Source: Paragordius varius
Lineage: Eukaryota > Animalia > Nematomorpha
NCBI GenBank assembly: GCA_964247055.1
Contig: OZ176050.1
Span: 8,246,001-8,310,000, forward strand
Length of the DNA stretch: 64,000 bases
Direction of reading: 5' to 3'
Translations under genes and position numbers: made by a program
The notes under the pieces: model-generated
Databases searched by the model: none
What the model saw: only the letters and a program-made list of their open reading frames with translations
Told to the model about the DNA's origin: nothing
Shown here: positions 41,470 through 55,000 of the stretch, in pieces
How positions within the stretch are numbered: the stretch's first letter is position 1
How the letters are laid out: every line of letters starts with the position of its first letter

Positions 41470-42095
41470 TCTTATAAAATAAACGCAAAAATGCCCATAT
41501 CGCGGGAGGAAAGGCTTAAATAAATGCTAAATTTTGATATAAAATAAAAACATTTTTTAAAAATGCATGCTTTTTTAAAAAATGCATGCTTTTTTCAAAA
41601 ATTCACTTCGTAGCGAAATTTTGATGAAGCCTTCTTACTATTTTGAGTCATGCTGGAAAAGGTTTAAAAACGCTTAAAGATATCACAAAAACACTTTTTT
41701 ATATAATTCTATATGTTGAACATTTCTATCGCTTCAGAATTTTAATTTAAATGTTATTTTGCCTAATAACTTTGAACCAATTTTTTTAAAAAACACAATT
41801 TTTATTTAACATAAATTTTAGGATAAACAAATATTTTAATTAACATTATGAGGTGGTAAAAATGTTCAGCATCATTGATTTATATAGAAAAAATGTTTTA
41901 ATGATATATTCAAGGGTGGTTAAACCTTTTACACAACTCATACTAGTATAAAGTAAGCTTGAGTAAAATTTTTTTAAAATTAAATTTTTGAAAAAACTAT
42001 GCATTTTTTAAAAAAAATTTTAGTTGATATCAAAATTAGCATTTATAATTTTTATCGTGCAATCTCGGCATTTTTGAGTTTATTTCAAGAGGACT
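41470..42095. repeat. Foldback element with inverted arms of about 130 bp
   Basis: AAATAAACGCAAAAATGCC..TAAATGCTAAATTTTGATAT..TTTTTCAAAAATT at the left and its diverged inverse at about 41977-42092. The right arm also resembles 685-815. Confidence 0.6.
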
Positions 42096-42390
42096 AGCTC
42101 ATTTTAGAAGAGCAAATTGACTTTAACACTTCGATTCAAATTGAGGTATCTAAATACTCAAGACTAAATATGAGTTAGAATTTTTGCAAAACTATCGAAT
42201 GGCCCCAATTTAAATTTATGCTTTTATCCTAATTAAAATTATATAAATATGCCAAAATATCTAAATAAAATTTTGTTTTGAAAAAAAAGTTCCATGTCAA
42301 ACTACTTAGACGCCATTTTTATTATGCAAAATTTTTGCAAAATATCGTCTACAATTGATTTTAAGGGTAAAATTAAAGCTAATTTTTTAT

Positions 42391-42973
42391 TTAACACTTC
42401 GTTTCAAATTGGGGTATCTAAATACCTCAGACTAAATTGGATTTATTTTTAAAAAACTACTGAAGAAAACGGTCCAAATTTAAATTTATGCTTCTATCCT
42501 AATAAAAATTATATAAATATGCCAAAATATCTAAAATTTTGCTTTGAAAAAAAAGTTCCATGTCACACTACTTCGACGCCATTTTTATTTTAGAATATTT
42601 TTGCAAAATGTCGTCTTCATTTAGTGTTAAGGGTAAAATTAAAGCTAATTTGTTATTTAAATTACATCTAACATTGATAGAAATAGAAAAAGCGGGTTAT
42701 TCTGTATTATTATTCAATCTTACCATTGTACACATGTCACGTTGACTAAATTTTTACCTCTCGGTTTTAGCTTAAAATAAGTAATATCAATTATTTTTGA
42801 ATAATTTTTTTTATATATTTCTGTTTATTAATGTTATATAAGTGCACAATTTTGCCATGGTTTTGATTCCTTACATATATTTTAAAGAATATAATTTTAA
42901 ACTGGCCTGGGGTATTTAACTACCCCAATTTGAATCGAAGGACTTAAATCAATGTGTTGTATCCAAGTGTTAA
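42391..42973 (+). mobile_element. Full-length copy of the same MITE inserted at an internal TTAA of the host copy
   Basis: TTAA at both ends (42391-42394 and 42970-42973); the host sequence resumes collinearly after it. Confidence 0.85.
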
Positions 42974-43262
42974 CTTAAATCTAACATTGATAGAAATAGA
43001 AAAAGCGGTTTATTTTGTTTTATTTAAATTCTACCATTGCACACATGTCACGTTGACCAAATTTTAACCATTCGGTTTTAGCTTAAAATAAGTAGTATCA
43101 AGTATTTTTGAATAAATTTTTTTATATATTTCGGTTTATTAATGTTATTTAAGTGCAAAATTTTGCCATGGTTTCGATTCCTTCCATATATAATTTTAAA
43201 CTGGCCTGGGGTATTTAACTACCCCAATTTGAATCGAAGGACTTAAATCAATGTGTTGTATC

Positions 43263-44543
43263 TAGGGTTGTGCATTTGACAGCTTTTATAAAAAAATCCG
43301 GTCAGACCCGGTCAGACTATGGTCATGATCGTGGTCATGACCACTTTTTACTTAAGTAAGTATCATGCGATGTTGGATTGTCAAAATAATGTTAGGATTA
43401 CTTCAACCAATAATTTCATGTTTTTTATTAAAAGTTTGTATTAAACATTTTTTAAATATTTATTAATAAAATGTTTTCAATCAAATTTAATAAAGAAATT
43501 TGTTTTCAAATGAATTTTGTCACATGTTTGTGGCCTTCTGAATCTTCAAATCATAGCTTTTAACACTTCGATTCAAATTGGGGTATCTAAATACCCCAGA
43601 CTAAATTTGAATTATGATTTTAAAAAACTACTGAAGAAAACGGTCCAAATTTAAATTTATGCTTCTATCCTAATAAAAATTATGTAAATATGCCAAAAGA
43701 ACTAAATTAAATTTTGTTTTGAAAAAAAAGTTCCACGTCAAACTACTACGATGCCATTTTTATTTTACAAAATTTGCAATATCGACTTCATTTGATTTTA
43801 AGGGCAAAATTAAAGCTAATTTTTTATTTAAATTACATCTAACATTGATGGAAATAGAAATAGCTATTTATTTTGTATTATTTTCAATTTTACCATTTCA
43901 TGATTAAATTTTAACCCTTCGGTTTTAGCTTAAAATAAATAATATCAAGTATTTTTGAAAATATTTTTTTATATACTTCGGTTTATTAATGTTATTAAGT
44001 GCAAACTTTAATGGTTTCGATTCCTTTCATATTTTTTATAGAATTTAATTTTAAACAGGCTTGGGTACTCAACTACCCCAATTTGAATCGAAGGACTAAA
44101 ATGAATGTGTTGTCTCCAAGTGTTGAAACTGGATATTTCAAATAAAATTTAACCTAGTTTCTCTCTCTTTCATCATAAAAATATCCAATTATAGGATGTT
44201 TTTCTTTTATTGGTGTATTAATATGGAATAATTGCATGTTTTGCAAAGTGCTTGATTTTTTTTGTTATTTGAAATAACTGAATATGCTTAAAGCTAACGT
44301 TGTAAGGATGCATATTTAAAATTTATTAATATATTGTTAAATAAACAATTTAAATATTTAATTTTTTTTTACAAAATATATATTTAAAAACAATAAAAAT
44401 TATACAATCTCTCTAAAAAAATTTACTAGCAATTTTTCGAAAACAGCTGTTTTTATAAATGACCATGGTCAAAAAATAAATAGTCATTGTCAAGTCATGA
44501 CCCGATCAATTGACCGGGTCATGACTTGGTCAGCACAACCCTA
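43263..44543. mobile_element. Non-autonomous hAT element
   Basis: Perfect 11-bp TIR TAGGGTTGTGC; perfect 8-bp TSD GTTGTATC (43255-43262 and 44544-44551); GGTCA/TGACC subterminal repeats at both ends. Confidence 0.9.
43560..44126 (+). mobile_element. MITE copy nested inside the hAT element
   Basis: TTAA-CACTTCGATTC.. at the left and ..CCAAGTG-TTGA at the right; collinear with 42391-42973. Confidence 0.85.
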
Positions 44544-44589
44544 GTTGTATCCAAGTGTTAACCTAGCTTCTAGCTTTCACCAAAAAAAT

Positions 44590-44716
44590 TATTTAAAAAT
44601 TGTGCAAAATTGCCATTTTATATGGAGCATTTCCCACAAAAGTGTAATTAACTTTCTTATATCACGAAAGGCCAAAATTATAAAGAACATGATAATCTGA
44701 TACATTTTCCTATCAA

Positions 44717-44718
<2 letters not shown>
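44590..44718 (-). repeat. Dispersed repeat family (AAAATGTATCAG..GAAAGTTATTTACACTTTTGT..CCATA)
   Basis: Copies at about 38358-38430 (+), 40530-40625 (+) and 44590-44718 (-). Confidence 0.55.
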
Positions 44719-44751
<33 letters not shown>

Positions 44752-44831
44752 CTAATCAGGTTATTCCCCCTGATTTCTTACGCAATGTATATAGAATAAT
44801 TAATATTGTTAGAGCTGAAAAAAGAATATCA

Positions 44832-45423
44832 TTAACACTTGGATACAACACACTCATTTTAGTCCTTCGATTCAAATTGGGGTAGTTGGATACCCCAGGC
44901 CTGTTTAAAATCAAAATACTTTAAAAAGTATGGAAGCAATCAAAACCATGGCAAAATTTTGCACTTATATAACATTAATAAACCGAAATATATAAAAAAT
45001 TTTATTCAAAAATACTTGATATTACTTATTTTGAGCTAAAACTGAAAGGTAAAAATTTAGTCAACTTGACATGTGTCAAATTGTAAAAATTAAAAAATAA
45101 TAAAAAATAAACCGCTTTTTCTATTTCTATCAATGTTAGATGTGATTTATATAAAAAATAAGCTTTAGTTTTACCCTTAAAATTAAATGAAGACGATATT
45201 TTGCAAAATTTCTGTAAAATAAAAATGGCGTCGAAGTAGTCTGAGATGGAACTTTTTTTTCAAAACAAAATTTTATCAAGATATTTTGGCATATTTATAT
45301 AGTATTTATCAGGATAGAAGCATAAATTTAAATTGGGACCGTTTCCTTCAGTAGTTTTTTAAAAATTTTAATTTAAATTTAGTCTGGGGTATTTAGATAC
45401 CCCAATTTGAATCGTAGTGTTAA
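44832..45423 (-). mobile_element. Full-length MITE copy in inverted orientation
   Basis: TTAA-CACTTGGATACAAC.. at the left and ..GAATCGTAGTG-TTAA at the right; reverse complement of the unit at 42391-42973. Confidence 0.88.
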
Positions 45424-46062
45424 ATAAGCTGCATTTATCGGTTCATATTACTCTACCTTAAATATTATAAAACACTATTGTTAGAACCAAACTCAGAGTG
45501 TGGGGAGTTGGAAACAATACCGGTTGGTTCCCAATTTTAATCAAACCAGGATACAATGCTTATTCTGAATTGCTGAATGTTGTAGTTGTAAATCCAATTA
45601 CATTCCTCACTCATAAAACTGTTAATCAAACTTAATTCATTTAAGCGTTTTTCAGTAATAAAAATTTATAACTCCCCCCATGAAAGATGATACCCATAAT
45701 ATCAAAAAATGTTTATATCGACGCTTAACAAAAAGCGTTTTTAATCACCACCATCCTCTATAAACTGTTAAAGGCATAAATAGTGGAGGAAAAGAGAGAG
45801 ATTATAATACTTGCTCTTCAATGATTCCAAAATATCTCAACTAAAATTAATAATTTTATAAGTTTTCATTGAGTGCCAGATATTTGTCTTATTTTTCGTC
45901 AAAATAGAAAATAAACCTAAAATGGAAAATCGGTTAATTAATTTTATTCACCGCCTCCTAGGAATGTGGGAAGTGCTAGATTGTAGTTTTTTAATCCTTA
46001 AAATCTTAGTTTTTTCATAAATTCTCTTAAAATAATTGCCATTTATCATTGTATAATTTAAA

Positions 46063-49000
46063 TTAAGCATAATAATTGGGAGAAACAAGAAGATCAGATA
46101 AAATTTCCGATTGTTCATCCGTAAATTTTTGTTTATGTTCTGACCAATTATCCAAATGAGTTCGTTTAAAGTTGGCCATCGTTTTTCGTATAATTTGGTT
46201 TACGTTAAAACGATTTGGTTTTCTATAAAAGTATTAACGATAATAGAAAATAAAAAATATGTTCTATATTCATGATTTAACATGTATCCTTTGGATAAAA
46301 TAATACTTTTGAGTGGCCGTATGATAGGATGAGGTTGTTGTATTGTGCGCAATGTTAGATAATTTGATGAGAATGGATGGTAGAAAATGGGGTATGTCAT
46401 AAGGGAATGATTCCACTATAGCACACAGGCCAAGAATACCCGCAACATAAAAATTGTCTAAATTAGGTGTGACACGTCCTTGGTCAATACTTGTAATATC
46501 AACGTCTTTCTTGCTTCCGACATATATGGCAGATAACAAACTAGATACATTAAGCTCTTGTGGATGAATGTAGTAAAATCCTGTATAGTATATGAATGAC
46601 ATATTATAAAAAATAAGTTTGCATATATTTATCATTGTAGTAAAGTTTCCTTTCTTCTATTAAAAAATAATTGGAATGTTAATTAAAAACCAAAGTGTTT
46701 TTTGAATAGATAGATGGCTATTGTCAAGAAATGGTTAAATGTATTTATACATTTGGGAACACTCCGAATTGATTAAAAAAATAAATAGGTGATTTTTAGA
46801 ATTTTGAGTTTAATGTTTAATTGCAATCATAGATTGATCAATTTGATCTATGTCCTCCGAATTAGCATCTATTTATAAAATACTATAGCATTTCTATGTT
46901 TTCCACTAAATTTAATGATATAATAATTAACTTTATTGTTTTACTTATAAAACAAATTTTAAACGAAATTAATTAAAACAAAAAATCTACCGTTGTTTGG
47001 CTTAAGATCAGATTTTTTGCCCTGCCCAATAACAATAAGATAATTCATCATGTCGATATAACTTTGGGTGTTTAAGTGAAATTTTTGAATTTCTTTATTA
47101 ATGGTAGGATATAAGTTTGGTGGTTCTAAAGGAAAATATTTACAGCGCAAAAGTCCACTCAATGTATCTTTAGCCTTTTCTCTAACTTCAATAACTGGAT
47201 CTAAAAGACCAGCTACACAAAATCTCCAAACCATATGTTTCATGGAAACTATGTGATGAATGATATAAAAATTTACATTATGACAATTTCATTAAGTATT
47301 TTATTGGTAAAAATACAAAAAATAAATATCAATATGCAAAACAGAAATCATTATAATCATAGTAAAATTATCATTTTTAAGTGGTAGAATTTATTGTTAA
47401 TAACAAAAATATATGATTACAAGTTTACTTTATGAGGAATTAAATAAAAAAATATATTGAGATTAATTAGATGATAACAAACTTTGCTTGTTATTGTTTG
47501 ATTCAAATATTGCATTGCAAAAAGTCGTATCTCTCAACATTTGCCAAACCAGTGTCCGTGTTTTCCAAAATTTTGTGGTACAATAATCGAAAGCAAGAAT
47601 TTTCACCATTTTTTCATACATGTTTGCGATGTCCTTAGAATTCGCTATATATACATATAAAACAAATTGTTTACAAACAAAAAACAGATGAATATATATT
47701 TCAAAAAATTTAAATAATTAATACCATCGAGTAAAAGACAACGAGATATGTAATAACGAGTGGCTGAAAGTTCACGAGACCAAATGGGATCTTTGCTCTC
47801 ATATTTTTTTTCGGCATAAAACGAAAATGGTAGGAAGCCCAATGTAAACTGGTTGATTGGATGGAAAGCCTAATTATATTTTGTAAAATCATATACGCAT
47901 TTCTTTAACAAATTATCAAAATCGCAATCAAAAATATTTTTTTAGTATAATCAAACAAAATATAAAAGTGTAAAACCTCTTGCAATACGGTATTCAATAC
48001 CCTATGAAAAATTTTGATTGCCAGTAAAGATCCATCATCTAATGTTGTTATACTGTTAAGATTTGATGATTGTTTCGCATCTAACATTAAATAATATATT
48101 GATACGACCAATTTAAGTAAAAAAACTGTAAAGAAAAATATTTGCCAACCCGTTAAAAATTTATTTTCAGTCGATAAATCAATTTGTTGGATAAGGTAAT
48201 CAAAATAGTTCATAGCGTTTGATATATTTTGTTGTGATATCGGATCCATACATATTTGATACAAAAGTGATGGAAGTAAGGGGATATTCATATATTTTTC
48301 CCATAATTTACCTAATTAGTAATATATAACTAAATTTTCAAGTTGGCTGTTAGGAACCCAAAATGACGTATGCAACATAAATTATTTTGTTTTGTTAAAA
48401 TTATCAAGCGCGTATAAATTATTTTACCATTAGTGTCTTTGTCAAACATATCTTGATTCAAAAAGGGTAGGGAAAGGATTTGAGAAATAGCACCTTGAAG
48501 ATTCTTAGATCTAGCGTTGTAATGAAAACCATTACGTTCATTACTTAAAATACGGCATTCCAATATATCTATATTTAGAGAATTATCATTTATAGTTTTT
48601 GACCGCTGTAAATTATCCGCTAAATGCTTAGCAAAACTAGTGACCCATTTATCTTTTGAAGTGTTAGCGCCTCCAAATGAAGAATTATTAAACGCGACAG
48701 AGTTAATTTTAGGGAAAAGAGAAATGATCGGTTCAACCAATTCGGGGTAAAGTGGATTTAACTTCCAATTAAATTCGATAAAAAGCTCAAAAATAATCTT
48801 TAATGTGTAACTAACGTTAAGTGTTGACCAAACATGAGACAAATTAGTTTGTATTATTGGTGGGAATTGGTTATTAATTTGGTTTTTTGTATCTTTATCT
48901 AATGGATCCGCACTAGAATTAGCTATTAATTGGGCTTCATCATCTGTATTGATTACCATGTCATCTAAACTAATCACGTCAGAAGTTGGATGATTAGGGA

Positions 49001-52000
49001 TGATGACGTATGGAGATGTGTAACTTGGAGTCTCCATAAAAAAGGATTGACACAATTCAGTAAAATAATCCAAAAGCCAATATATGTGTCGAGGATCCCG
49101 ACTTTCACATCCAACGCCGAAACAGGGTCGCCAAAATTTGAAATTTTCCGGTGTTAAACCTACAAACACGATTGAAAAATTGAAAAATTAAATATGACAT
49201 ATATGTTTTACAACAAAAGTATGTTTTTAAAAATAATTTATTTACCTTTAAGAATACACTCAGTTAATAATTCTTTGTAACGATGAAAAAATGTAAGGGT
49301 GTGATCCAATGGCCAATACTTTGTGGCTCTTAACCAACCTGCAAATATTTCGGCGGCTAAGCAATGAATGCTTAATGGGACGAGTGAGGCTTTACCTTTA
49401 CCAACTGAAACACTGCCATTAATAATTGTCCCATCTAAAAAATCCATAAATCCATTTTAATCAAAAAAAATATTATAAACAGATGGATTATATTATTGAA
49501 TTACCAAAACTAATTGAATCGTCTGGGACATCCAATTGTTCGAAATCCATATTATCGTTATGCTCAACATTACTCGTTTGGCTTTTAGGAGATGTTTGAT
49601 CTGATTTATTCTTTAACGCATTTTCAATTATCATTTGAATTTCTGTGTGAGTTATAGGGCCAGCATTTTGAGTTCTGTTTGTCAGTATATTTTGGATTTC
49701 CTTAGCATTTTCGGATGTTATACTATAGTTTTTCAACAAATCTAGTGATATATCATCGGTCTCTACAAAACTATCAATGTGTTCATGATTGCGCGTTTGT
49801 TCATTTTCGCTTTCCGCAGAAATGTTTGAGAAATTATCTTCGATATGGCTATCGCCATTGTTACTATTATCACTAGTTTTGTCATTGCCAGCAGCGCTAT
49901 TTACATACAATAGATTTTCTGCTATCCAATCTAAGTAGTGTTGAGCAAGGGACGGACCAGCGTTACGAAAGAGACCCTTAAAAAAATTAACCCTTAATTC
50001 GTCAAATTGGATATCCGTATCTTCAGAGGTATGTAAACTGGACAAAAGAGTCTTTATGGCCACTGACTGGGAACAGATGCGGTATATTATGGACCATGGA
50101 TTTTCTGCATCGTTCAGTGACTGTTTTAATAGGACATTAATATAACAAAATTAAAACTTTAAACAAAATATTGGCAAAATTCACAATTTTATGAAAAAAA
50201 ATACTTTAGAAACGGTATGATAGGGTTTATTGTAATATGCTTGAAAGTTTTTGTCAATCAGTGAAGTATCCATAATTGGTACCATCATGTCAAATGAATA
50301 ATCATCCCTTTCCCATTGCTGGAAATCAAGTAACGGGTTTAATAGATTATAGTAAATAAGGCCTCCTTTGTGTACATAAATATTGGGTAAAACATTCTTA
50401 TTTTCTGTCCTAGGATAAATACTATAATTCTGTAGTATATAATCATCTTTAATCGTACATCCGTATTCAGTGGATGCCTTTTCCTTGCCCCCCACGCGGA
50501 TAACAAAATTCTTTTTGCCATAAAAATTGGAGCTGGGAAACTTTAACAGCCTAAGTATACTGCTACAAGTAGAGAGATAAAGACTTCGTATAAGTGAAGA
50601 CTCATACACCGCACTACTAATTATGCCTTGGAAATAAAGGCTAACACAGGCATTAGACAAGGGATGTTCCCTAAACATAGCCATATCCGCTAAAACATGC
50701 AGGGCCACAAAATTGTATCGCCAATTTATGCCTGTTTGTCCGGAGGAGAGGAGGTAATTAAGAATAAACCGTTCAAAATTGACAAACAATGTATTATCCG
50801 TGGCGTATGGGATACTTATAACGGCATATTCTTTCAACCATATTGGATTATCGTTACTGGTATTGGTAACATTTTTATCCCCCTTCGTTCCATACAAAAT
50901 GGGCAAAAAATTGATTTTATATACGGTTTGAGCAATTAAATGGGTATCATCATTGATTTGATTAGCAACAATGTTGTGTAAATTGTCATGTGCAATGATA
51001 TAATTGGTATCGAATTTTGTTGTCGGACATGGTGTCATAAGAGCAAGTAATTCAAACACATCACAGGGAACACAATATTGACTAAAACATTTTTTAATAT
51101 TATGATAGGTATAAAAGTAAATATGTTAACTACAATTAGATATACCATAAAGCGATTTTTCTAACACAAAAAAATCATTCCTAAATATACAATTGTTTAA
51201 TTATCATAAACCATTTATTGACGCAACTTAGGCGCGGATTAATGTATGAATTAGTCCAAAATCACGATTCATGTAGGCCATAACAAACATAAATACTCCA
51301 AATCATAATTATACTATTAAATAAAAAGCATTCCCTAAAAAATAATGTAAATTTTTTTAATAATAATAAGAGTAGATAATTGCTGGTTGTTTTTAACACA
51401 AAGCCTATTAATTTCCGTACATTACATTAATTCCAAAAGCTTTAGGATAGCTATTTCAATGAAATTCTAAACTTTGAATTCGGTTCCAAAAAAAAATTCA
51501 AAGAATAAACTGAAATAAAAAATATCAATCTATTTATACTTGTTTAACCTCACTTTTAACATTGATTTGATAAGAATATTGTAAATAAAAATTATCGAAA
51601 AAGTAGACATATGGTTATATATTTATATTTTTGAATATATAATTACAATGTACATGATATTAAACTTTATAATTTTAATAATTAATTCGATCCCTGTAAA
51701 ATTCTCAACCCTGTTCTTAACCCTTTTCTAAGAGCCAAAAGACTAAGATGGGCTGGTCATCATCGTAGACCTCCAGATAATTATATCAATATAATGGTGT
51801 CTTACAACCGAGCTCAAAACCTGTTAGACCCTTCAAAAGCTGGCTAAGTACTATATATATATGATGACGGAGGCCAAACTAAAAATAGCAGCAATTGAAA
51901 AACAACACTAAAAACTTATCTCATTCAGCTACCTTCAATTTTGAAGATCAACAGCTTTGATGATATTAATGATAGTTACAATGTATCAAAATAATAAGAT

Positions 52001-55000
52001 AATCAATAAATGTTACAATATGAAACCAGAACCATTTCTTTTGCAATAATTTTATGACCAAAAACATTTGGTTTAAAACGGTTTTTTTCGTTGAACATTA
52101 ATCAAATCAGAATCACATACAATAAAAATGATAAGGTTATGGTTCCCACCATCCCTAATTTAAAATAAAATCTTTTTTTAACAAAAAAACCTTTTTAGAT
52201 TTATGAAAACTTCCTCCAATACAATGTCAATAGTGTCGTCAAATAAGTCAATTAACAGATTACGTTCTGGTATAGGGATAGCAAATAAAAGTCTCCATAT
52301 CATACAGTTATCATCAAAATAATTTGTAGCACCCAAACTGTTGGTCCAATCATCTTTGTTGTGGTTGGATGAATTTATACCTAATATTATAAAAAAATAA
52401 TTAATTTTTAGCCAAATATACATAGAATGTGTAAAATGTTAACATCCAGTTGTAACTTTTTTCAGATTCATTTTTTATGATAGGGTGAACAATGGACTTT
52501 TATGGACCGGAAAAAAACTTGTCATTTGTGAACATTGGATTCGTACTTAATTTAAAATGAATAAAAATATGCAGATAAACTTAGAATTTATGCAGACTTT
52601 TCACGTACAAAATATTAAATAAACACGCATATTACTTATAATCAATGTCCACTTTATTTTCATTAGCATGATATACATAAATTTTTACTTAAGCAAATTT
52701 GAATTGATTAAAATTTTTTTTAAAACAGAAATAATAACCTTTTTATAGCTTTAAACAGAATCAGTCCTTTTTGTACGATATGCAGGATAGCTCAAAAAAA
52801 TAATTTTATTTCTAATATTTTATCAACTATGATGGGTTGTAAAAAAATTTTTATGAGGTAAAAATAGCACATAAAAATTAGTCCTGTTATAAAATAAAAA
52901 ACAGCGAAAACGGCTATTTCGACGCTGAAAAACAAATACGCTATCGAAATTAAATATTTTCAAAAATGCTTTTTGAGGAAAAAAATCTAGTTTAATATAT
53001 TTATGTACGATTTATATTTTGTTATCCAACAGCAATTATATATATCAAGCAGAAATAATATTATTTTTATTTTGATCAAAAAGGTTTCACAAAAAGAGTA
53101 AGGCAAGGGTCAAAAAGGTCTGCAATTTTTATAATGAAAAAATCGTTTTAAATAAAACACTAATTAACAAGGATGTACCATCTGTAGGTTTAGCAATCGG
53201 ATAAGCTCTGGAATATCCTTTAATTAAGCCATACAAAGATTCAGCAATAAGTTCAAGTTCTAAAGCGGAAATATTCGGGATTTTCTAACATAAATAAATT
53301 AATGACTTATGGTAAGCAGATAAGCTACATAGTCTGTTCAACTTCAAAATATTTTTGAAAAGATAAAACTATTTCCAACTTGTTATTTATATAAAAACTT
53401 AAAAACGCTATAATTTTTTATGCAACATTATCAAACAAGGCATAGGCCATTAAACACAAATCATTACCAGCTTACATTTTTTTAATAAATATAACATTAT
53501 TTGTATTGTAAAAAAATCAATAATGGATGAATTAATATAATATATTTTTACCGACGTTATATGGTTTTGAGTTAACTCTGAATAAACGTTTTCCGTATTT
53601 GGATCTAGGTATATGCACAACATATTTGGTTGCTCAAATTTGATTGCCACATAAGTGTATACCCAATTCAAAACGAATTTATGGGATGGACCTGGCCATT
53701 TAGTCATCATAGAATCCAAAAGTTTGAGTGCTTTAACACACACTCCTCGATAAGCAATACTTACAGATATCTGTAGACGATAATCAAATAAAGTTAGTTC
53801 TATAAAAATATTTTAATATTTATGAGAAACAACTAATTTTCATCTTTTTATATTTTAGCCTACAACTACAGTTGCACAATATAATATAACATCCTATAAA
53901 ATATATTAATCAAAAAAACTTTTAGCTCTTAAATTGTTTTGATTAGATAACTATCGATATTAATTCTCAAGATATCTCGAAAAATAATAGTAAAGTATTT
54001 TAAATATCAGCCATCTTCTTCCATCCTTATTTGTCAAGGTACTGGCTTAAAATATGTTAATTCCATTCTATGGCGGTAGTTTCCAGATATTTTTTATAAT
54101 TTAGAGTGGATATAGTATTAATTGATCCTATCTATGTATACCCTTTGGATAAACCTATCAAGTGCACCATTTTAGTGGTATTTGTTACGGCATTGTTTTT
54201 TTTCAAGCTATAATTCTGATTTCAATATTCACCAGTTTGATGAAATTTAAATGGAAACAGCATATATCGACACGATTTAAAAACCTAACTTAGATATTTT
54301 GAAGACAAAACGTAATGTTATTGTTTTTTCACATTTATCATTTTCTCTTGAACAAAGTTACGACTCATTTGATTTAAATATAATTAGATTTAGCTTAATT
54401 AACCATATAAAAATAAGCTATTCTTTTGTATATTTGAAAAGTTAAATGGGGAAAACATATACCCTTAACAAATCGTTCATAATAACAGCATGCCAGGGCG
54501 TCAAAGATTCCGGTGATACATTATCCATAAATTTTGAGTCCAAATGTTTGCAACAATAAATTTCATGTTGCAATTGTGCTCTAAGAGCATATGCAAAACG
54601 TGGTAAAAGTTTGGGATACCGGAATTTATCTCCAAAAAATGTTTTAATGTGTTTGTATGTTTGTGACCTACAGTTAAAACGAAATGTTAAATTATGTTTA
54701 ATGTAGAATAGAATAACATTTAATAAGCAGTATGATAAATTAAATATTATATAATAACATATGTTTATTAATTAGAGAAAAATGAACAAATTAAAATATT
54801 AATATTAAAATAACACCACACTTTGCCTCCAAATCGCTTGAATAGTATCCTCGGTAGAAAAGAATTAGTCTATAGGAATTTATAGCATAACCCAAAGATA
54901 TATAATCATCATTTGTTGATTGTGTGGATTTCGCACTAAATAAGCAGCGTTTATAATAAAAAAGTCCATTAAATAAAAAGCAACAAATATCTTTTTTCGT

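Larger units (their letters stand above)
42123..44561 (+). mobile_element. TTAA-flanked piggyBac-like MITE (host copy) carrying nested insertions
   Basis: Left end TTAA-CACTTCGATTCAAATTG at 42123; right end ..TTGTATCCAAGTG-TTAA at 44561. Host segments 42123-42390, 42974-43262 and 44552-44561 together reconstitute one unit of about 570-590 bp. Confidence 0.8.

Noticed and set aside
42123-45423. Regularly repeated palindromic GGGGTA..TACCCC units suggesting a CRISPR-like array
   Set aside because: The repeats are MITE ends with conserved, not unique, intervening sequence, in a eukaryotic context with no cas genes.
46200-46400. Apparent frameshift in the PSME4 C-terminus (alternative-frame [11 protein letters not shown] resembles human NDPQPIEMTVKK)
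   Set aside because: An 84-nt intron (46223-46306) joins TATQK|[20 protein letters not shown] in frame, so no frameshift is needed.
51215-51313. Exon-like [14 protein letters not shown] in PSME4 intron 15
   Set aside because: It has an in-frame TGA, the homologous segment is already encoded by exon 52191-52380, and the flanking exons join in phase without it.
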